Of a stretch of 64,000 nucleotides of DNA, positions 10,294 to 17,206 are shown piece by piece (position 1 is the first letter of the stretch; each line of letters begins with the position of its first letter). The DNA is taken from NCBI GenBank assembly GCA_041661105.1, contig JBAZVB010000002.1, forward strand, positions 299,865 to 363,864, written 5' to 3'. The stretch is from Patescibacteria group bacterium (GTDB lineage: Bacteria > Patescibacteriota > Patescibacteriia > 2-12-FULL-60-25). Position numbers and translations under genes: made by a program. Under the pieces are notes generated by a model. The model did no database searches and was not told the DNA's origin. It saw only the letters and a program-made list of their open reading frames with translations.

Positions 10294-11697
10294 ATGGTCA
10301 ATAATGTTTTTTATATGCACAAAGAGCTTTTTTCGGTCTTTAAGGCCTATGACATCCGGGGGGAGTCACCTCAGGTGATCGATCCGGCCTTTTCAGCTAA
10401 TTTAGGGTTGGCCATCGTCAACGTCCGTCAGCCTAAGCGGGTCATGGTTGGTCGTGATATGCGTCGGACGTCACCCGAGCTTGAACAGGCACTGGTCGAG
10501 TCGTTGGTTTCACAAGGAGTAGAAGTGACCAGGATAGGTCTTTGTTCAACTCCTATGTTCAATGTCCTACTGGGATTGGCTGATCCTAAGTTTGATTTGG
10601 GAGTCATGATCACCGCCTCACACAATCCCGGCAAGTATAACGGCTTCAAGTTTTCTGACGGCAATTGCGTGCCCGTTGGTTTAGGGTCGGGACTCGAAAT
10701 GATCCGCGACGCTTGGCCAACCGATCCAATCCCGTCCGCCGAAAAGATAGGATCTGTTGTTGATGATCCGACGGCACTCGACCGTTACGTTGACCATATA
10801 GTCAAACTCGCCGATCTTCCGACTGACATGCCTGAGATGAAAGTTGTCATTGACGCGGGCAATGGCATGGCGGGTCATGTTATTCCGAAGTTGCTTGAAA
10901 AATGTCTATGGATAAAAGCTGAGAAACTATATTTTGAGTTGGATGGTAACTTTCCAAACCACGAAGCCAATCCACTTAAAGAAGAAACGCTGGCAGCCTT
11001 GAAAACAAAGATCAAAGAGAGCGGTGCCGCGTGCGGCATAGCTTTTGACGGTGATGCGGATCGCGTGGGTTTCGTTGACGAGAGGGGCGTACAAATTAAG
11101 GGCGATATTTTGACCGCTTTATTCTCAACCATCCAGTTACCTAAAAAACCAGGCTCAGAAATTTTGTTTGATGTCAGATCTTCTTGGTCAGTCCCGGAAA
11201 CGGTTTTGGAAGCCGGAGGCAAACCCAGAATTTTTAAAGTCGGCCATGCTTTGATCAAAAAAGAAATGAGCGTTTCAGGCGCTTGGTTTGCCGGAGAAGT
11301 CTCCATGCATTATTATTTTAATGAGCTTTGGAATGTAGAGAGCGGGGATTATGCCATGCTGATTTTACTCAAGGTTTTAGTCGCTAGCGGACAGCCGCTA
11401 AGCTCAATGTGGAAAAAAATTGCTCATTACTTCCATTCCGGCGAAATCAACTTTGAGGTAAAGGATACAAAAAGTGTTCTTGAGAGAGTCAAGGAAGTCT
11501 ACGTCGGTCAATCCACCAAAGTCATTGATATCGACGGCATCCGTTGTGAGTTTGGCGATCCTAAGGTGGATATGGAGGCTTGGTGGTTTAATGTTAGGGC
11601 TTCCAACACAGAACCCTTGGTCAGGTTAACCCTCGAAGCTACGACTGAAGAGCTTATGAAACAGAAAGTCGATGAGCTGACAAAGTTAATCATATGA
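10294..11697 (+). CDS. Phosphomannomutase/phosphoglucomutase (alpha-D-phosphohexomutase family)
   Basis: Active-site TASHNPGKYNGFK and metal loop FDGDADRVGF. The start may be the Met at 10315. Confidence 0.85.
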   Translation: MVNNVFYMHKELFSVFKAYDIRGESPQVIDPAFSANLGLAIVNVRQPKRVMVGRDMRRTSPELEQALVESLVSQGVEVTRIGLCSTPMFNVLLGLADPKFDLGVMITASHNPGKYNGFKFSDGNCVPVGLGSGLEMIRDAWPTDPIPSAEKIGSVVDDPTALDRYVDHIVKLADLPTDMPEMKVVIDAGNGMAGHVIPKLLEKCLWIKAEKLYFELDGNFPNHEANPLKEETLAALKTKIKESGAACGIAFDGDADRVGFVDERGVQIKGDILTALFSTIQLPKKPGSEILFDVRSSWSVPETVLEAGGKPRIFKVGHALIKKEMSVSGAWFAGEVSMHYYFNELWNVESGDYAMLILLKVLVASGQPLSSMWKKIAHYFHSGEINFEVKDTKSVLERVKEVYVGQSTKVIDIDGIRCEFGDPKVDMEAWWFNVRASNTEPLVRLTLEATTEELMKQKVDELTKLII

Positions 11698-12473
11698 TCG
11701 GTTTATTCGACTCTGGTATCGGTGGATTGACCGTCGTTAAAGCTTTGCTGGACAAGGCGCCCAAGGCAGATTTTGTGTATTTGGGAGACACGGCTCGTAC
11801 TCCTTATGGCAATAAAACTCAGGAAACGGTTGAGCGCTACGCCAAGGAAGATGCGGAATATGTTATAAAGCACGGCGCACAGCTCGTGATCGTAGCCTGC
11901 AATACGGCCAGCGCTTTGGCTTTGCCTAAGTTGCAAGAGGCTTTCCCTGACATTCCGTTTATCGGCGTGGTCAAACCTGCCACGCAAGCCGCGGCCGCTT
12001 TGGGCAGGGAAAGGGTGGGCGTCATCGGAACCAAGGCGACAGTCAACTCCGGCATTTACGAAAAAGTGGTCCACAAATACGAATCAAAAGCCAAGATTAT
12101 TCAGAAAGTCTGTCCGTTATTTGTGCCGTTGGTCGAAGAGGGCATGTTGGATGACCAGGTGACAAAGATCATGGTCAAACGCTACTTAACGCCTCTCAGG
12201 CAGGCTAACGTCGGTTCATTGATTTTGGGCTGCACACACTATCCTTTTCTAAAAGATCAGATTCAAAGATTTATGGGGAAGAAGGTCGTCGTCATCGATT
12301 CGGCCAGCACGGTTATCCAGCAGGCCATGGAAGCTTATCCGGATTTGTTCGAACCGAAAGCTGATCCGAGCCAAATCATTGCCTTTACGGATACTTCCGA
12401 AGCCTCGGATAAGTTGGCCAGCCGCTGGTTGGGCAGGCAGGTAAAAGCCGTCAAGGCCGTTCTTCAGTCGTGA
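11694..12473 (+). CDS. murI: Glutamate racemase
   Basis: GLFDSGIGGLTV, VIVACNTAS and LGCTHYPF motifs. Confidence 0.9.
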   Translation: MIGLFDSGIGGLTVVKALLDKAPKADFVYLGDTARTPYGNKTQETVERYAKEDAEYVIKHGAQLVIVACNTASALALPKLQEAFPDIPFIGVVKPATQAAAALGRERVGVIGTKATVNSGIYEKVVHKYESKAKIIQKVCPLFVPLVEEGMLDDQVTKIMVKRYLTPLRQANVGSLILGCTHYPFLKDQIQRFMGKKVVVIDSASTVIQQAMEAYPDLFEPKADPSQIIAFTDTSEASDKLASRWLGRQVKAVKAVLQS

Positions 12474-12511
12474 ACTATACAAAAAGCTGAAATTTAAGTA
12501 ATATTCTACCC

Positions 12512-13675
12512 ATGTTAATCGTCCTTATTTTTTTGTTGGTCTTGTCCGTTTTGGTGCTGATCCACGAATTCGGGCATTTTATTGCGGCCAGGATTTTTGG
12601 CGTCAAAGCTGATGAGTTTGGCTATGGTTTTCCGCCCCGGGTGGTCGGTATCGTTAAGGATAAGGGCAAATGGCATAAAGTCAGCGGTAAAGACGAAAAA
12701 GAATACCAGAACACAATCTGGTCTTTGAATTGGTTGCCTTTGGGTGGCTTCGTGCGGATCAAAGGTGAAAACGGGGAAGATGAGACCATAAAAGACAAAG
12801 ATGCTTTCCATGCTAAGCCCATCTGGCAGCGCATCATTATCCTGGCGGCGGGCGTGGCCATGAATTGGTTGCTGGCCTTCGTACTTTTTACCGGCATCTT
12901 TACTTTTGGAGCCACGGCCATTCTGGATGGCGTGCCAGCTGACGCTAAGATAGAAAACAGAGAGGTTAGGATCACTAATCTCGTATCGGGCGGACCAGCG
13001 GACAAAGCGGGTTTAATACCGGGCGATGCAATCATTTCCATTGCAGGAATCAAAGCCGGAGATTACGAACAAGCTAGAACGACCATCGCGGATCAAAAAG
13101 ACAAACCTTTCGAAGTTGATTACCAACGGGATGGCGAGTCTAAAAAAGTTACGGTCAATCCGATTTATCTGGAAGAAATTAAAAAATTTGGCATCGGGGT
13201 CGGCCTGGCTGACGTGGGTAAAGTTAAATTCCGTTTTGATAGGGCTTTGCTTTATGCCGGTGAGGCGGTTGTCGGTTACACCCGCGACATCGTTGTCAGT
13301 TTTGGGACTTTGATTCGCGACTTGGTTCTCTTGCGCCACGTGGAACAAGAAGTGGCTGGTCCGATCGGGATTGCGGTCATCACCGGACAGGTGGCCAAGC
13401 AGGGTATTGTGCCGCTCCTTCAGTTCGCGGCCATTCTTTCCATTAACCTGGCTGTCGTCAACTTCCTGCCGATTCCGGCCTTGGACGGTGGCCGGGTGTT
13501 TTTCCTCATCATTGAAAAGATTAGACGCAAGCCTGTGGCGCGTAGAGTCGAAGCCAGAATCCACCAAATAGCTTTTTTGACTCTAATCGTCTTGATCTTG
13601 CTAGTCACCTTGAGAGATATCGGCAAATACGGCGGAGTTATTTGGGGAGGAATTAAGGGGATGGTAGGAATATGA
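12512..13675 (+). CDS. rseP: RIP zinc metalloprotease RseP (M50 site-2 protease with PDZ domain)
   Basis: HEFGHF zinc motif, a central PDZ-like segment, and NFLPIPALDGG. Confidence 0.9.
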   Translation: MLIVLIFLLVLSVLVLIHEFGHFIAARIFGVKADEFGYGFPPRVVGIVKDKGKWHKVSGKDEKEYQNTIWSLNWLPLGGFVRIKGENGEDETIKDKDAFHAKPIWQRIIILAAGVAMNWLLAFVLFTGIFTFGATAILDGVPADAKIENREVRITNLVSGGPADKAGLIPGDAIISIAGIKAGDYEQARTTIADQKDKPFEVDYQRDGESKKVTVNPIYLEEIKKFGIGVGLADVGKVKFRFDRALLYAGEAVVGYTRDIVVSFGTLIRDLVLLRHVEQEVAGPIGIAVITGQVAKQGIVPLLQFAAILSINLAVVNFLPIPALDGGRVFFLIIEKIRRKPVARRVEARIHQIAFLTLIVLILLVTLRDIGKYGGVIWGGIKGMVGI

Positions 13676-13676
13676 T

Positions 13677-13788
13677 AATTCAAAGAGCAAAATTCAAAGA
13701 GCAAAATTTTGGTGGCCTACGGCATTCATTAAATAAATATCCCGAAGGGATACCGATATTTTGAATTTTGCTTTTTGAATTTTGAATT
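13677..13788. repeat. Composite inverted-repeat element, copy 2 (core in opposite orientation)
   Basis: Arms aattcaaagagcaaaattcaaagagcaaaatttt / gatattttgaattttgctttttgaattttgaatt. Core ggtggcctacggcat-AT-rich-atcccgaagggatacc is the reverse complement of the core in the other copies. Confidence 0.8.
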
Positions 13789-13797
13789 AATAAATTT

Positions 13798-14853
13798 ATG
13801 AAAGATCAATTAGAAGCTTTGCGGCTCGAAATCGAGCGCGACGTGAAAGCGGCCAAATCGCTCGAGGAACTTGAGCAGATTGAGGTTAAGTATTTGGGGC
13901 GCAAAGGTCAGTTGACCTCTATGCTCAAAGGCCTAGCCAATGTCTCGGCCGAAGAGCGGCCGGTGCTGGGTGCTCTAGCTAACAAGATTAAGCAAGCGGG
14001 ACTTGATTTGCTCGCCGGCAAGCGGGAATCCCTCGCGTCCAGTCGCTATGACGCGGTGGCCGAAACGGAACGAGTGGATGTGACCGAGCCGGGCACCCGT
14101 CCGCCGGAAGGTCATTTGCATATAATGACTCAAACCATCCGCGAGATCACGGCGATTTTTGAGAAGATTGGTTTTTATCGCATTCGTTATCCGGAGATTG
14201 ATTGGGATTGGTACGCTTTTGAAGCTTTAAACATGCCGCCCGACCATCCGGCCCGCGATGACTGGGAAACTTTTTTCATGGATGCGCCTCTTTCCAAAAA
14301 AGGGAAGATGGTTATGACGCCGCACACCTCCAATGGTCAGATCCACGAGCTTGAACGACATAAATTTCCGATCCGTTTATTGGGCATAGGCAAATGTTAT
14401 CGCCGTCAAATCGACGCCACGCACACACCCATGTTCCATCAGTTTGAAGGTTTGTTGGTAGACAAGGGAGTGAGCATCACGCATTTACGCGGTATCTTAG
14501 ATTATTTTGCCAAGGAATTTTTTGGACCCGGTCGTGTCTCGCGCATTCGTCCGCATCATTTCAGATTCACCGAACCGTCCTTCGAAGTTGATATCTCCTG
14601 CGGCGTTTGCGGCGGTACGGGTCTCGTCAACAAACAAAAATGCAAAGTTTGCAAACGCGGTTGGCTGGAAATTGGCGGTGCGGGTATGGTCCATCCTAAT
14701 GTTTTGAAAGCCACGGGTGTCGATCCCAAGCAATATACTGGTTTTGCTTTTGGATGGGGAATCGAGCGCGTAGCCATGATGAAAGAGGGCGTCAAAGTCG
14801 ATGACATCCGCATCCTCTACCAGAATGACGTCAGATTTCTTAAGCAATTCTAA
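13798..14853 (+). CDS. pheS: Phenylalanine--tRNA ligase alpha subunit
   Basis: Class II motifs FRFTEPSFEVD and GWGIERVAMM. Also the CxxC..CxxC insert seen in many Gram-positive-type PheS proteins. Confidence 0.95.
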   Translation: MKDQLEALRLEIERDVKAAKSLEELEQIEVKYLGRKGQLTSMLKGLANVSAEERPVLGALANKIKQAGLDLLAGKRESLASSRYDAVAETERVDVTEPGTRPPEGHLHIMTQTIREITAIFEKIGFYRIRYPEIDWDWYAFEALNMPPDHPARDDWETFFMDAPLSKKGKMVMTPHTSNGQIHELERHKFPIRLLGIGKCYRRQIDATHTPMFHQFEGLLVDKGVSITHLRGILDYFAKEFFGPGRVSRIRPHHFRFTEPSFEVDISCGVCGGTGLVNKQKCKVCKRGWLEIGGAGMVHPNVLKATGVDPKQYTGFAFGWGIERVAMMKEGVKVDDIRILYQNDVRFLKQF

Positions 14854-14865
14854 TAACCTTCATTT

Positions 14866-14897
14866 CGTCATCCTGAACTTGTTTCAGGATCTCGATA
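14866..14897. repeat. Half copy (first hairpin) of the gtcatcctgaac element
   Basis: cgtcatcctgaacttgtttcaggatctcgata. The 31-nt portion from gtcatcc onward is identical to 16624..16654. Confidence 0.85.
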
Positions 14898-14910
14898 CTA
14901 AACGCAGGCT

Positions 14911-15462
14911 ATGTCCAACTCCTCAAAAAAGTTAACAAAGATTCTAGATTACGGTTTAGCTTTATTATCGATTGTTATTTTTATAACGGCCTTTTTTACT
15001 TCATCCAAAGAATTTATAACTACAACGTTTTCTCAAGTCAAAATTTGCATCTCATCTTCTTTTTGTTTCTGGCCGGGATTCATAGTTCTAGCATTGTTAT
15101 TAATCTCGGCTTTGGTTTTGTTCTTGATAATACGTACGAGAACGAATAAAGAGAGATGGTATTTATCTTTAAACAAAGCAGCTTGGCCATCCTTTATTTT
15201 TGGAGCTATTTTGCTGATTGTATCAATTTTAAAATTTTCAAATGCCACGGAGTTAATAGATCTTCCCTCAATGTTATTGATGTTATTTTCTGTAATTGTA
15301 CCCTTCCTAACATTAATTATTTTCTGTATTAGTTTCATTGCAAGTCCCAAATCCAAAATAAGAGAAAACATGGTTTTCTTCAGAACTATATCGATTGTAG
15401 GTTTTATCGTGAGTTGTATATTAGGACCGGAATTATTGATAGTACTGTTTGTAATGTCTTAA
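14911..15462 (+). CDS. Small multi-pass membrane protein (183 aa), unknown function, AT-rich
   Basis: About 5-6 hydrophobic segments. Low GC relative to pheS and pheT. Confidence 0.55.
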   Translation: MSNSSKKLTKILDYGLALLSIVIFITAFFTSSKEFITTTFSQVKICISSSFCFWPGFIVLALLLISALVLFLIIRTRTNKERWYLSLNKAAWPSFIFGAILLIVSILKFSNATELIDLPSMLLMLFSVIVPFLTLIIFCISFIASPKSKIRENMVFFRTISIVGFIVSCILGPELLIVLFVMS

Positions 15463-15468
15463 GAGAAT

Positions 15469-15831
15469 ATGAAAAAAAGAATACTCGTGCCTATACTGAT
15501 TGGTTGTGCCTTAGAAATTGGGGCGGGGATCTTGTTTTTAACGAATGCCACTTCTGATTTGGTTTATACTCTGATTTTGTCCGGGCTAGTTTTTGTAGGG
15601 GTAGGAGTAGTTATTTTGATATTCGCAAAATATTTTGAAAAAAGTCATATACAAATGCATGGCATATCGTTGATACTTCTTGGATTGCTTTCAACCATTC
15701 CGATTATTTATGGTCTGGTTAAGTCCGCGTTAATGAAAGATTGGCTAGCATTTCTGATGGTATTTGTTATTTTTCTGTGTGCTTCATTTATTTGCGGTTT
15801 GGGACTATTTTTTTGGAAAATAAAACGTTAA
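15469..15831 (+). CDS. Small multi-pass membrane protein (120 aa), unknown function
   Basis: Four hydrophobic segments. Starts 7 nt after the previous stop. Confidence 0.55.
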   Translation: MKKRILVPILIGCALEIGAGILFLTNATSDLVYTLILSGLVFVGVGVVILIFAKYFEKSHIQMHGISLILLGLLSTIPIIYGLVKSALMKDWLAFLMVFVIFLCASFICGLGLFFWKIKR

Positions 15832-15871
15832 ATTCCTCGTAATTCGTAATTTTGAATTCGTAATTAAAAGT

Positions 15872-15961
15872 ATGAACCTCCTAGTCTCCTACGATTGGCT
15901 GAAAGAGTATGTCAGCCTTAAAGAAAAGCCCGAAGATTTCGCGGCGCGGATTTCGCTTTGA
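15872..15961 (+). pseudogene. Remnant of the pheT 5' end (29 codons then stop)
   Basis: About 88 nt colinear with pheT 17207 onward, with 2 mismatches that are both synonymous (GAA/GAG, TAC/TAT). Encodes MNLLVSYDWLKEYVSLKEKPEDFAARISL then TGA. Confidence 0.9.
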
Positions 15962-15987
15962 GTGGTAAAAACTAAACATTGTTTAAT

Positions 15988-16350
15988 ATGACTACGACTG
16001 ATCGTTTCGAACCATATCTTGAACCTCTGTATGTGCCAGCGTTTTTCGGTTGGTTGACTTTGATTTTTGATCATTATCTGACTCGAAGTACTTTTCTTCT
16101 GTATGTTGGCATGATTTTTTCTGGCTTACTTATTCTTACTTCAATTCTGGTCATAGTGTACGAATTTCTTTTATTTTTTAGAAGAATAAAACCACGCGCA
16201 TTGATAGATGGAAACGTTAAAATATATAAATTTATCAGATGGATATTTGGTGCAGTAGGCCTTGTTTCGGTTCTAATTTCTGTCGGGTTTATCCTTGCTC
16301 TTGGATCAATGCTGTCATCAGGTCCTTGGGATAAATTAGATCAAATATGA
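15988..16350 (+). CDS. Small membrane protein, paralogous to the C-terminal half of 16660..17172
   Basis: MTTTDRFEPYLEPLYVP... versus MTAIDPFEPYLEPLYLL... in the later gene. Three to four TM segments. The ORF track starts it at 15979 with an alternative start codon. Confidence 0.55.
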   Translation: MTTTDRFEPYLEPLYVPAFFGWLTLIFDHYLTRSTFLLYVGMIFSGLLILTSILVIVYEFLLFFRRIKPRALIDGNVKIYKFIRWIFGAVGLVSVLISVGFILALGSMLSSGPWDKLDQI

Positions 16351-16583
16351 AAAAGTCTTCCAGATACATAATAAGTGCTGTCCTGGGTGCAATAGGCGTG
16401 ATGAGCTATGTCTTTTATGTCGCTGTTACTTATATTGATTTTGATCCGGATCCAAATATTGGTAGCGTAGCCTTTGTTAAACCAGAAATAGTATCAGGGG
16501 TTATTTTATTCGGTGGTATATCGTTATTGATCGGTGCAATATTAGCAATCAGCACGTTATTCTCGAAGTCTAAAAACATATGA
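16347..16583 (+). CDS. Small two-TM membrane protein (78 aa)
   Basis: ATGA overlap with the upstream gene. Two hydrophobic helices. Confidence 0.5.
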   Translation: MKKSSRYIISAVLGAIGVMSYVFYVAVTYIDFDPDPNIGSVAFVKPEIVSGVILFGGISLLIGAILAISTLFSKSKNI

Positions 16584-16613
16584 ACCTCCTAGTCTCCTAC
16601 GATTGGCTAAAGA
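16580..16613 (+). pseudogene. Second, shorter remnant of the pheT 5' end
   Basis: atgaacctcctagtctcctacgattggct is identical to pheT 17207..17235, then the sequences diverge. Confidence 0.85.
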
Positions 16614-16623
16614 TTCTTTTGAA

Positions 16624-16654
16624 GTCATCCTGAACTTGTTTCAGGATCTCGATA
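16624..16654. repeat. Half copy of the gtcatcctgaac element
   Basis: gtcatcctgaacttgtttcaggatctcgata, identical to the copy downstream of pheS. Confidence 0.85.
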
Positions 16655-16659
16655 TCAAT

Positions 16660-17172
16660 ATGCCTAAAACAGTTTCCTTTACACTAATGATTGTTGGTTT
16701 TTTGATTTCCTCCACTCTTTGGGCTTGGATTGCTTACCCGCAACAATGGTATCCAGGGTTGTATGTCGTTGGTTTCTATGGAGTCATTTTGATGTTTATT
16801 GGAGGGATAGGAGCCCTCAAAGAAAAAATTCGTAATTTAAACATGACCGCAATCGATCCTTTTGAGCCGTATTTAGAGCCTTTATACTTACTTGTACCCG
16901 GCCCTATTGGCATCATTTTTTCTATTTTTGTTTGGGAGAATGGATTGGCTATTATGTTTTTTTACTACACGATGATGACAATTAGTGGCCTAGTTGTAAT
17001 ATATTTGGGACTTCTTATTCTCAGAATACTACCAGCCAAAGCATTGGTTAAAGAGATTGGACCAATTTATTCAAGAATAAGGTGGGTTTTGGCAACAGCA
17101 GGCGTAGCTGGATTATTTTTTACTTTTTTATGTGTCGTAGCGGCCGTTTTCAGAATAAATCTCAGTTCATAA
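16660..17172 (+). CDS. Multi-pass membrane protein (170 aa), unknown function
   Basis: Start taken at MPKTVSF. The ORF-track start at 16603 would translate the pheT remnant and the repeat (VILNLFQDL). The C-terminal half is paralogous to 15988..16350. Confidence 0.55.
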   Translation: MPKTVSFTLMIVGFLISSTLWAWIAYPQQWYPGLYVVGFYGVILMFIGGIGALKEKIRNLNMTAIDPFEPYLEPLYLLVPGPIGIIFSIFVWENGLAIMFFYYTMMTISGLVVIYLGLLILRILPAKALVKEIGPIYSRIRWVLATAGVAGLFFTFLCVVAAVFRINLSS

Positions 17173-17206
17173 ATTATAGATAAGTAAATAAGAATTTCAA
17201 AAATAT

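Noticed and set aside
14854-17206. The pheS-pheT insert as a prophage or IS element.
   Set aside because: No integrase, transposase, terminal inverted repeats or phage structural genes are present. It holds only small membrane ORFs plus pheT remnants, so I describe it as a cassette array of unknown mechanism.
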